Origin: Phoronis australis
Lineage: Eukaryota; Animalia; Phoronida
Length of the DNA: 64,000 nucleotides
NCBI GenBank assembly: GCA_002633005.1
Contig: NMRA01000110.1
Location: forward strand, 333,850 to 397,849
Reading direction: 5' to 3'
Shown here: piece after piece, positions 37,421 to 54,000 of the stretch
Numbering within the stretch: the stretch's first letter is position 1
Layout: each line of letters starts with the position of its first letter
The notes under the pieces: generated by a model
What the model saw: only the letters and a program-made list of their open reading frames with translations
Told to the model about the DNA's origin: nothing
Database searches by the model: none
Translations under genes and position numbers: made by a program

Positions 37421-39163
37421 AAGGTGTACAGAATGAATATCATCAGGGTTATAACAACACTCAGCCTGAAATAAATTCTACTATATTGCACAACTTACAA
37501 TTTTTAACTGCTTGAAGTGTGAAGTTGAATCCTTCTCGAAAGGTTAAGATAGTACCATTTTCACCCAAATACGTTAGCAACATTAGACAAAAACGGTGTA
37601 ACGGGGGGATCATTCGATTTATTGACCAGTAATCGTGATCAGGAAGGGGTTCACTATTGCATCGTGTGATGAATGAGTCGAGATGTGGGGCATAGGAAGA
37701 CTGTGTAACATTGTTAGATTGGTACCCAACAGTGGAAACCGTTATCGTCTTGAGTCGAGGTTAAGATGAACAAAATGTATCATATAGGTCCCACCCAAAA
37801 AAAAACTGTTGTGCATGGCCAGTTCCATCTGAGCAGTGCACTGTTGTCTTCGCGTTCTAACGAAATCATATTTTTGCCCAAAGTTCGTGTCCTTCATTGA
37901 CTAATCCGTGGCTGTCGCTCAGTTGGTGCGAGACTCTGGGAGCTACATCACACCACGCCGAAATACATCCCTCCGAAACATAGCACATTTCCAGAGAATA
38001 CTGAATTCAGCATCCTCCATACAAATACTCCAGTCCTTTCCACTGAAACAACTCACCGCCAGAATCTGAGAACTCTCGTAGTGGTTTACAATACACCATG
38101 GCGCCTCAGAAATCAAGTCACTCAGTGACGCCTGAGGACGTAGGAATCTTATTATTTGTCATGCTCGAACCCAGACTAAAATATGGGGGGCTCGGATTTT
38201 TGGGAATGTGGACCTTTTACTAAAAAAAATGAGGTTCAGAGCTGTCAATTGTGCGTTCGCCAAATTTTGGTAGTTCCTGCCTTTTAAGCGGACTTTTTGT
38301 TTCCCCCGAGGCGGACTTTTTTACCCACTTGACCAAATGGGCCCCCCCCGAACCCCCCCCCCCTCCTGGGTGCGCGCATGCTACTATTTACATCATGACT
38401 TTTGGTCAAAAAAAAATAATATCTTCCAGATACACACCTCGCCTTTAATGTATTTTTAACAGAAGTCTAAACATTAATGTGACTGTGCTCTATATGATCT
38501 GATAATTTGGACTAACTGGACTTACTTTTTAAAATGGTCACCAGTGACTTTCTTACTTGGTAACTGTAGCTGCATGGCTTAGTTGATGATCAGATATACA
38601 TAGACACTTTCCTTGTTGACGTCTGCGCCCAAACACAACGAAAAACATTGTGTCCACCTATTCACTCAATAGTCGGGATTTTAGGTACAGCCTTTGCCAA
38701 TACACTAGTGTGGTAGAATGAAGTTTCTAATTTACTTATGTTTTGTTAAGTGTAGGCCGTAGTTGTTAAACAGTAATTAGGACCTAACAACACGTAGTCG
38801 GTGCATTTACATGAGGGTCAGTCTGCATGTTCATTATAAACTGAAAAAAATGTCACATCTGACATGACTCACTGCGGATCCAGGATTTTGAGTGAGGGGC
38901 AGGGCACAGGAATAACCAGAATTCCGCCACATGCGGAGCGCCCAGCCTAAAATATACATGTATGTAGGGATGCAGGGGTCTCGAATTTTTGGATTTGTGG
39001 ACCTTCAACTAAGAAAAAAAAAACGGTAAACTGGGTTTCACTAAGGTCTATACATTGTGCATTCGCTATTCGCCCCCCAAAACGGCCCCTGGGTGCCCGC
39101 ATATATGTTACGCGCAATTNACCCGGCCGCCACTGTCACGGACTAAGTCAGCTGTTGCATGAG

Positions 39164-39254
39164 TGGGCGGCGCAGCAGTTGAAAAGCTTGTTTTGGTGTG
39201 AAACTATGTCTTTAAGAGTGTGGGGCTATAGCCCCCTATGGTGCGCCGCCCATG
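39164..39254. mobile_element. Short GC-rich TIR MITE (hAT-like ends)
   Basis: TGGGCGGCGCA ... TGCGCCGCCCA inverted ends. Related GC-rich MITE-like fragments lie at ~38180-38380 and ~38870-39105. Confidence 0.45.
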
Positions 39255-40143
39255 TGTTGTCCAGCATTTTGTGTTTTGAGCAATGACCTTGACCTAAACA
39301 GCGCATTTACGTGGTTGCAGTAGGGGAGACGGCTGAGGGGTCTACTGATTGGTGACCAAGGCGAACTCAGTTGAAAAGCGCCGACTCCTTCTTTCCGTTG
39401 GTGATGAAGTACAAAAGTCAATGCTTTTTAACTGCAGTCTGTCGTGGAAGACCTCAATAATTTTATTGGCGTAATCTTTCGATGATTGCCGTACGGTGGT
39501 TCTCCGATTGAATTATAAGCCACTTTTGCAGTCCGAGTTTTGTCTTATCAGTGCCAACATATATCCAAATGTGTTTTTTTGTTATAGCACTTCACTAATT
39601 TGTTGTATAAGTTAATAAACGTAGTATTTCTTCCTCTCTCTCCTTTTTCAATCAGCCATGAAGTCAATCCGCTTCAATGGTGAAACTCTACAGAGGTCAC
39701 CAGGTAAAGAGACCATTGCTGCAATGAACACTCGCTGGTTCCCTACGTGCTTAGGTGGCACTGAATATTTAGGCTGCGGCCGCGGCCAATGTGCATTGCC
39801 AAAATATTAAAATTTTGAGGTAGGCCAAGTTTGGGGGCATTTTGTAGGTGGAAATTTTATGTAGGCTCAGTGAATGTGGTTTGTTTACGTTTGTTAACAT
39901 GCTGAGAATAAAAAAGGCACCTTCTCGGCTGTAGTTGCATTCTTCTTCAAGATGGCGGCCCCCGGTTGCAATTGTGCATTGGGTCCCAGTGCATTGCTGG
40001 GTAGCGACTGAGAAATTGGCCGCGATTTCAGGTAGCCCTCAAACAATCCATATTTGCAAAAAAAACTATTTGGTTGACAGTACTTTTGGACCACATTTTC
40101 GGAATCTGCTTTCAGAATCTATTGTTGGTTTTAGTTCTGAATG

Positions 40144-40554
40144 GGATTGTTCTAAAAAACCCTCGATCCCCACGACCCCCTCGACTCACTCATGGCCACA
40201 TCCACCTGGACCCAGTCTACTACACACGCTTGACTAGATCTGAACGTAGAACAAGCGCTGACTTCCAATGAGGACTAACGAGTTGGGCCCTGAGCTCGGC
40301 TCTCTTTCCACTTTTTTTGCAATTAAGAGAATCCTTAGGCCACTTTCTGTTTTTAACCACCAGACTTGAGCTACAGCTGAGATTCATGTGTAAGTCTCAT
40401 GGGAGTCATTCAGCCACGTACGTAATATTATTATGAAATGTGTAAAAAGTGCAAAAATACATCTATTGGCTGCTGGCACAGCTCGTGTGTCGAAGGGGTT
40501 GTGGGTCGAGGAGGGTCGTGGGTTGAGGGGGGGTCGTGGGTTTTAGAACAATCC
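40144..40554. mobile_element. Mutator(MuDR)-like MITE
   Basis: TIRs GGATTGTTCTAAAA / TTTTAGAACAATCC with CCCACGACCC-type subterminal repeats. 9-bp TSD TTCTGAATG (40135-40143) vs TTCAGAATG (40555-40563), one mismatch. Confidence 0.8.
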
Positions 40555-42251
40555 TTCAGAATGTTGTGTTATGCTGCACATCGTCAGGGAAGTGGTGGTT
40601 TTGGTGTAAACAGTGCCAATTACATATTTTAACCCTCCTTGTTTAGAATTCCTTACTTTTCCGTAGGATTGAAAGGGCTAAAAATACAAGACAGAATAAA
40701 GTTGCTATGCTATTGCTTATCTGTAGGGCTTGTTAAGTAAAGTGACTGGATACGGTTTTCGACAGAGTAAAGAAAACGTGGCATTTTCATTGATTTATGT
40801 TGTGCTTGTCAAAATCCAATGAGAACTGCTCTGCGTTCCCTAAGTAAAGGAGTGGTGATCAGATGGAATCACTAATGTCGCCCTTCTACTAATATTGAAC
40901 ACTGCCGAGAGTGTTACTGTAGGCTATCACTGCGCTATGGGTCTACACTGGGGCTGTCTATCAAATGTTAAGCATTGGGAACTGGCCAAATAGATAATGC
41001 CAGGTATACTATCTATGCTTGGGAATGCTCAGATTTGGTACAAAACTTTGTAGGACAGGTGAGCTAGCCCTATTCCAAGTTAGTAATGTGTCATTAATTG
41101 GCCATTTGTGTTGCTTTCTTAAAGTTACAACTCGCATGGCGAAGTCGATTTTAGTCATGGTGCATAGTGAGTGCTAGGTTTTGTTAGTGCAATGGTCCCT
41201 CTCTGCACTGGGCGAATTGTCCCAGTACCCATGGCCATGTCTGTCCTGTGATGCAGCTTGATCACCAGCAACCAACGGGGAGTGCTGGTCACGATGCAGT
41301 GCTTAGTCGTGTCGGCTGCTTGTGTGTTTGAAGCGACGTGGTCCACATGCCCATATCCGCCAGCCCGCCTCTGTTCTAGCGTCAGATGGGAGCTCCAGGT
41401 CACAGTGCAGTCCTTACCACCAGGTTGGCAGATAAGCAATTTGAGGCTGCTGCCACTGGCAGGAAGTGTGTAGTTGAGCACCTGATGCATGTAACAAAGG
41501 AGCTTCGGCGGTCTTCCCTCACAAAATGAACTGCGTTGATTATAATCCGTTTTAAAATGCACGTTGGCACTTTACCTTATACCATGATGTTGATGCTTTG
41601 ACAAGTTAATTTCTGGTAAAATAAACTTGTGTTTTGTGGAAGGAACTGATTCTTGCTTTGGATCATTTGTACTTGGTCTCAACATTACATGTTCCTTTCC
41701 ATGATGAGAAGGGTATTTGCATGGCTTCAAAGATTGACAGATCGTTATTGATGGCGACCATGCTTATTAAATAACATGTCTTGCTGTGACAAGTCAACTT
41801 CTAGAGCCTAGAGATCTCCAGCAATATAATGACGTGTCGTGTGTTAAGGCATTGTGAGCACAGAAGTCACACTAATTCAACAATGATATCAATATGATAA
41901 CCAGTTTTATAACATCCATCTAAATCAAAATTTAAAAAATCACAAAAGGCGTTAAATTAGGGGAGCTTATTTGATCTAGTCTTGATTTCCTGCTGTTGTG
42001 TTAAAATGTTGTCAACTTTATAGCACGGTCTTGATGGAGGGGGGACACATTACATTTATGCCGACCCCTTGAAGTTCCCAGCACTATCCACCAAGTTGTT
42101 TGCCTGTAAACTGAATATTTCAGAGTGAAGACAAATATACCCCAGTTACTTGATATCAGTGACTATCATGTGCTTCCATATCCATAAACAGTTGGTCAGC
42201 AACTGGTTCTTAGGTATACTCACATGTGCATTTGTTTTTCATTTCAGTGGC

Positions 42252-46228
<3,977 letters not shown>

Positions 46229-46865
46229 GAATGGTGATTTTTGTTTTTCAAACTATTTTTTGTGTGAATGATCAAACTTTGCAATGTCTCATGTGGAGGA
46301 TTATGTCCACCCACAGACTGTATTTGGCTCATTGACGTCATTTTAATGGGAATGTTACCTTTTTTAGACTGTGAGTGAATGGTGCACAATGAAGGCAATG
46401 TGTGAATGATTGGCTGTAGCATTAGTTTGTTGCAACACTACTCAAGTCAAAAGGCAAATAGTTAGGTAACAGTACTGGATGTGACAATCTACAGACACCT
46501 CAGACATTGTTGTGTAAGAGGGCTACATGTGACAATCTGCAAACTTCTCAGATTTTGTTAGGCAACAGGCTGGATGTGACAATCTCGAGATGTCTGTGAT
46601 TGTGAGCAAAAGGATCACAACTTACACAACCAGTCAACAATTACTGAACTTCATTGTTAGTGAACTCCTATGAGAGAGGCCAACCACACAATCAGTGTTC
46701 TTAATTAAATGCCTCTTGCATTTCTTGAAACGTTGCATCCTGTGTTTATTGGAGCAGACTATGGGTTTCTATCATTTGACTGAGTTGTGAACTATGCTAA
46801 ACCATCCATAGACTGACTTTAGCAAAAGACAAGTTAATAACTACTCAAGAAACAGGCTCCAGGTG

Positions 46866-47027
46866 TGGTATTCAGTTTAGACATGTAGTGAAGTATGAAC
46901 AACTGTTCAATAGACTGGTATTCAGTTTAGACATGTAGTGAAGTATGAACAACTGTTCAATAGACTGGTATTCAGTTTAGACATGTAGTGAAGTATGAAC
47001 AACTGTTCAATAGACTGGTATTCAGTT
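46866..47027. repeat. 50-bp tandem repeat, ~3 copies
   Basis: Unit TGGTATTCAGTTTAGACATGTAGTGAAGTATGAACAACTGTTCAATAGAC. Confidence 0.92.
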
Positions 47028-48514
47028 GGGATGTTTCTACATTTCTGATATTTGGTCAATTTTGAACCGTAGAAACTTACTTGTTTACAGTAGCCACTTG
47101 TTGCAATATAAAATTGCCCTCTATGGACCTACTCAGTAGCACATTGATCCTCTGTTGTTTACATCAAAACAATCACATTTACTGTTACAATGCCAATACG
47201 TTTGATCATTACTTAGTGAGCTGTGTTGTTGACAAGTTTGCTGGATTGGATGGTGTGCCATTTATTGTTTTCTCCACCTTAGAAATGCGTTAAATAGGAC
47301 AGTGCCACAAGCTTCTTAGCAAAAGAGGAGAGTTGAATAGGGGGCAATAGTCAAATACAGGGGCCCAGATTTTGAGAACTAGTTTGATGCTCATTATGCA
47401 GTTGCGAAAACTTCTCAAAATGTGGGACCCCTTTACTAAAGCGACAATTGTCGAATTCCGTATGTAACCACTAGTGGAGTTCATGGTTGTGATTTGAAAG
47501 AGGTGAGTTTATGTTTATTATGAGGACATGTGCCAAACACAAGGATTTCGGTGTAGCTCTTCTGCTTTGATTAATTATTCTAAGTTATTACAATCACAAT
47601 AGGGATGTCCTGGATTACACAACAGAACTCTTTTGTCCTGGAGATAATAAAGCGTGTCATCTTGTTTTAGAAATCAGGCACATTTTTACAGATCATGTCA
47701 GAAACCATTAAGGGGCCATGGAAATATTCCCGACTTCAGCCGTTCAAAAATACTGCTTCCACGGGTATTTGTCCAGTTATCAAACTTTTTCACGCCAGAG
47801 TTGCAGCCCACAGCACAGCCAGTAAAACTTTTGTTACCATTGAAAGGACAAATAGTATCAGACAACACAACAAATAAGATGCAGAATTCCAGTGACACGA
47901 AAATGAGGCAGCAAATGTGCATGATGGATGTTTGCAGCATTGTAGGTAAATACAGCAAGATTCGCGAGTTGCAGTGCAATCGGGAACGGACCTATTAAGA
48001 TACTATGCAGGAGCCACTAATCTATAAAATTGTGTGTTAATTCAGGAGCTTGCTTTATTCATTTCAAAAATTTCTGTTTGCAAGTGTCGGAAAGAAGCAT
48101 TAACAGAGTTAATTTAATAATATTTAAAATAAATATTTTCTGAAAGAAAAGCGTCTTCAATTATTTTATGCCATTCCACGCTGTTAGAAAGCTAACCTGT
48201 GTCATTACAATACTTTGTGTTCCTCTTATATTAAAACAGATTCACAAGATAACTGACAACTCTACACAGTCAGCGCATTCAAATAAGACGGCTGATTAAT
48301 GGCTATGCTTAACGCTGCAAAATTCTTGACACTTGGATAACCTGAAGTGTAGGTGAAGACTTTTGGGAATGGAATTCGTGTGAGGTGTATACTAAGTGGC
48401 TGTAAATCTGTGTTGTGTCAAAGAAGCAAACTTTTGATTTAGACCGCCCAAAACTGGTCTTGGTGTGTTTCTTACACAGATTAGGAAGTGATTTTCTTTA
48501 TTCCTCGATACCAT

Positions 48515-48690
48515 GCCTGGCACATTCACTGACATGTCATGACAAGACATCTTGTACTGCCTGGTGTGCAGACGATGCTTAGCACATACACTGTCATGCA
48601 GTGACAAGACATCTTGTACATCCTGGTGTGCAGACGATGCCTGGCACATACATCGTCATGCAGTGACAAGACATCTTGTACATCCTGGTC
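48515..48690. repeat. ~60-bp diverged tandem repeat, ~3 copies
   Basis: Recurrent GACAAGACATCTTGTAC..CCTGGTGTGCAGACGATGC. Confidence 0.85.
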
Positions 48691-51044
48691 TCCAACAATA
48701 ACCAGGTGTGTGAGGTTAACACACTAAGAACTATTCGAGACCAATTTCACAAGTGATCGAAATCGAAAGTTGTTTTTTGTGATGTAAGCCAGGCTTATCG
48801 CAACACTTAAGTCTAGTGAACGTAAAACTGCCAAAAGTCCTATTTGGAATTTCCATTTCCTTTAATGGTGCATTATACAGGTTTAATACCTATGTCCAGC
48901 CAAATGGGCAGAATTTTCTAAAAATTCGCTTTGAAACATCCATGAATTGTAAAACATTGTACCCCAAAATTTTCCAAGTTGCCCATACTTTGGCAAGCCT
49001 GTCTACTTACAACTTCATCAACTCAATCACTTATATTTTCCTCAAGTTTACTTAACATGGACTAAGAAATTCTAATTAACAGAGCTTGAATTTTTCCTCT
49101 TTTAAGAGGATTTGCTTTTAATGTCTGCTGAGATTTGATTTCCGGTTACTTTTTTCCTCTTTTTTATCATTATTTTGAATTTATCTTTGCAAAACGTTTA
49201 TTTACTTGTGGCATGATACATCACCTTCATCTTTTTTAGCCATTCCAAACCCTGAATCAGTTGATATTGGGATTTTTGCACATGAAGCAGCCTCCATATG
49301 CAGTTATGGAAGAACTGAAAACCAACTGGTCGGCAGATCATTTTAGGTGTCGGGCATGGTCTTGAGAAATAGTGAACTGAGGTGTTCTCTAGCAGAGTTA
49401 CTTCTCACTGGCACAAGTCGAGAACAGTTTTATAGGAATATCTGCTTTTAAAAAATGCTGTAAATTAAATAATTCCTTTGTAATGTTATTGGAGACTTGA
49501 GAACAAGAATGATGAAACAGAAGCCTTACAAAGCCATTACGGCAGTATCTGCTTCCCACAATACTACAGCGCCCTCTCTTATTCTACAGTATTTATCCAC
49601 AATGCTGTGCATTCGTGGGTCACTTCCTGCGCAGCTGAACACTGCTGCTGTGTTAATCATTTAATATAAGTTTGTCATTTCGATGCAAAGAAGTATTACT
49701 GAAGCATACTGAATTGCAATGCAGTCAAAAAATGAAAAGTTGAACTAGATATGATCAAATGCTCCTTACATGTATGACCCAGCAAAGAAGCATGCTAATG
49801 CGTTTATCTATCTCCGCAAATGAAGAGCAATGATTTTGGGATGTGGCAATTGGTTCTGTGCTCGACTCTTTTTGAAAACTGCGCCTCAAAGGTGGCACCA
49901 GGTGGCATTCGGGGAAAAGAAGTATCCCAACAGGTGGCAGCAGGCGACTTGCTGAAAGTACTGGCAACAAAATAACATCACCACAGCAATTTAAAAACAT
50001 GGCCAGATTTTTTGACTTAATAAAACTTTGAATTGTTTTCTACTATATTTTATTTTTTAAAGTGTACAAAACCCATCCATCCAGTGTAGACTAGATTATC
50101 ATCAGAATAATTCACAGTTCTTTACAGATAACACAAGATTAGAAGTGTACAATAAGATCCTGAAAACTAAGAATAAATGACAGCAATTTAACAGTAAGTC
50201 GATCTTACTTAAATAGGCAAAAATCTCATTTAACAGTGCTCAAAATGCTGTTCCATTATAATGACAATTTCACACAAATTACAAGTTGTTCAATTGGCTT
50301 TTGTGGAAATGTTCTGCATTCTGTGAGAAATCCACGTAGTTAAGAGAGTACCAAAATGCATATCTATGTGTTCAACACAGTGCTAACACCTCTCCATAAT
50401 GAACAGATTAGACATGATCTCAAAATTACTTCAAAAATAACAAGTTCACCTGACGTGTAAAAAATGAATTTTTAAGGCACTTTTATTACAACCCTGTCCA
50501 TTTTGAAAACACCACGTTTTTACATTTTCAAAACTTTGAAGTCCAAATGTATCATTTTCCATGTATACTTATTTGACTGAAACAAAACTTTTCTATTGCA
50601 TTTCCAAAATATTTCTCATCCAACATGAATATTCATTCAAAAAATTTTTATGTCATCTATATGATTACTGAAAATGAAGTTTTTGAGAAATTGTTTTCAA
50701 TCATCCACACCTAGTGAATACATTGCTATAAAAATGAACATCTGGAGGGCATTTCTGTAGTCGTTTTCAGTGGATATGTGTGAACATTAAGTGAATCCAC
50801 ACAGAAAAATTACGTTTTCAAATGAAAACTCCGACTGTAGGTGGGCCTAACTGTGAGCAGGGCATAATTGCGACCAGACCCTAACTGTGGGCTGGGCTTA
50901 AAAGTGGGCAGGGCCTAACTGTGGGCTGGGCCTCACTGCCATTAGCACTGATTCACTTCATAACTGAAGTTTTTGTAATGACTCCACTGTCTTCACTCGC
51001 AGGTCAGTGTGTCAAGCAGGTCTCCCCGTGTGTCTCCTCGTGGG

Positions 51045-54000
51045 TCACTGAGCCAAGTGGGTCTGACTACTGTCGTGCGTTGTTATGGCCTCTTTTTCGG
51101 CAAGTTTTGCGTCTCGTTCCCGCTTTTCTCTTCTCTCAGTAACGCCATCGAGTAATTCACTGAAAACGTGTCACAAAATGTCAGCTCAAGTCTAGTGAAA
51201 TTTCAATAATTCCAGTCTTAAAAATGCATGCAATAATCAGTGTGCTGTCATGGCAACGTTAAAGGCTTCCACAAAGTTATTTGATCCTATCTCTGTAAAG
51301 TGAAATTGTAGTGAACTGTTCTGAATGTTATATTTAATAACTGGCAATAATAACATATCAGTCAGTGAAACAGTGACACTTTCAAAACATGTTTAAGGCA
51401 GAAATATATCCCCAAAAAGATATTTACAACAATTTGTCATGTAAAGAATAACCAGCTACAGAACAAGCCAAAAGACAAAATGACCCAGAATTCCCTGTCA
51501 TGACATCTGGGCAGAAGTCAAATTCATCGTGGCAGTAGTCGTCCCTCATGACTGAGAATGAAGGGGAACTGACAGTAAAGTAATTACATTGCTGTAAGCG
51601 TCCAGAGGTTTTCAAAATTTTGTGTGATGGCTGAATATCTCTTACAAACTTCTCTCTACCACATATAATTGTATTGAAATCGCTTGTTACTGCCCATCTC
51701 AGCCGCTGGATAATTTACTTATAATTAATGTAGTCCTTGCAATATTCCAGGCCCAGTCCTGCCTAATAATCCTGTTCACCGCTTTACGTAAACCTTGGCA
51801 TGCATCACGTCTTACAGGTTTAAGTAATGTTGAACGTAAAAAGATTGGAAATGGCAAATCTAAGAAAATGAGTATTATATTAATATTGTGCAACTCAAAC
51901 ACAGTGTTTGGCCGTTTTAATAATAATCCAGTTTGATCAAAATGTTACTTAGAAACATGTCAGTCCAGGTGGTCATTCACAAATAGATATTTAAAACCAT
52001 CACCAGGCTTTACTTGTTTACAACATAAAACAAAAAAGTAACTTACTTAAATTCAATCGTGCCACTTTTGTCCGCATCTATTTCTTCCAACAAGATGTCC
52101 AGCTGTGACTGAAATCACATTATGAAACAATTACCACTGGCACTAAGTACATATGCTTGGAGCAGAGTTTTGTGCAAGTTCTTTTCTTCTCATTATCCCA
52201 GTCTCGCAAAACATTATACTTAGTAGCGGTAAAATCTGTGCATAATGATTACAGGAAGCTTTTACAGCTCTGAAAATGAACAACTTTATTTCTACATCCT
52301 TTTCAATAATTGCTTCCGTAACAAGACAACAATTAAGAATTTGGGAGTTTGAGTAAGACGTGTAGATTATGAAGGAGACAGTTTCACACATGATAAATGT
52401 CAAGCCATTCTTTGTCAATATTCATTCCATTAATGTCATAATAGGTCATAATGGCATCGCGCAGGAAGTAATACCGACAGGTCTACTTACACTGGTCAGT
52501 CACAGCCCACAGTAAGCTACATGAACAGGTCTACTTACACTGGTCAGTCGCAGCCCACAGTCCTTAAGACCGTACTTCATTTCAACCAGAGTCACATCTC
52601 CACTTTTATCTTTGTCCAGTTGGTTGAACAGGTCCTCAAGGGAGTTACAATTCTCCATGATGAACTTGTCAAATAACAGCATGATACTGTTGTTGAACTG
52701 GAATAAGGTCAGAGGTCAGAGAATAAGGACAAAACAACATATTGTTGAACTAAAATGAGGTCAGAGGTGAATGACAAACCAACATCACAATACTGTACTA
52801 GACTAAAATTAGTTCAAACATCTTAACATTTTTAGTGTAGAAAACATAATTAAGCTCGGAAGGCGCCGAAAGTACTATATATGGCGAATTGCTAAAACTC
52901 AGTGAGGCTATTATAGCACAAAATAATTGTGAGATAATGTTACAGACTTTAGGGACTACATTGTGGACACACTGTTATCAATGATTGAGTCAACTAGTCC
53001 ATAAAAAAGTGAAAAAGTGAAAACAAGCGTCTTATCTCAATGTGTATGGCTGAACAAAGACCGTCAGTTTACACAAGAATTTTGACTGTCCCGAGTAGAT
53101 AAGCTGGCAGCTCATGAAAAAAAATACGTTATGATTCCATTAAGATTAGGTTAAGAAATGAGTGATGATACAACTTATCTGATAGAGTTCTGAATAGATT
53201 AGTACAACTGTCCTTTCAGCATATATCAAACAACACAGCATCTCTTTACAACCAAGATGGCTAATGTCACACACTTACGTTGGCTCGGCCGTAACCACCG
53301 ACCTCCCCGTGAAGGACCAGTAAATTATCTCGCATCTGACCCAATTCTTTGAGTTTATGATGGGCATTCTCCGTTAGCACAATATCCTAGAAGAGATATG
53401 ACAACATGAAAAGCACAGTTTGCCTTAATTAGCCAGTGAATAATCATATTTGCATCAGAAGTCCTTACTTCCTGTGTACAATATAACTTAACATAATGCG
53501 CCATTACAAACTGTTATACAGAGATAGTGAAACTGTAAACTAAGTAATTTTAACCAAAGCAACTTGAGTACTGTTGACTTGAGACAGGACGAATGATATA
53601 CTTTTTAGTAGCACACGTCTTCCGTCAAAAACCAAGCTTGGATTTCTTCTACAGTTGCAGTATTGGTCTCGCGTAACATGTCTGTGAAGAAAGCTGATGT
53701 TTATAACACTGGAGAAATGGTAACACATCCTGCATATTACAATTTAGGCTTTGACTAATTGTTTACCAAGATTTTGTGCGTAAAAGTCATATTTTTGAAA
53801 CTGAAAAGTCATTTAATGTCTTGAACACAGTAACGTAATCGTGCTGTGACATCAGTCTCCACACCAAGATTCAGTGGTTCACCAGCTCCCCCTGTGGGTG
53901 ACCTACCTCCATACCTAACATTGACATGTTAGGATGAGTTGTTACTGCCTTGACTACAGCCTCTACTCCTTGCTCTTCCATTGGATTCATGTTTAGCTGG

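Noticed and set aside
37908-37945. tRNA/SINE A-box-like GCTCAGTTGGT
   Set aside because: No B-box or cloverleaf follows.
39656-39703. Exon-like segment (acceptor..CCATG..CAG|GTAAAG) upstream of MFSD3
   Set aside because: It may be a UTR exon, but there is no way to link it to MFSD3 from sequence alone.
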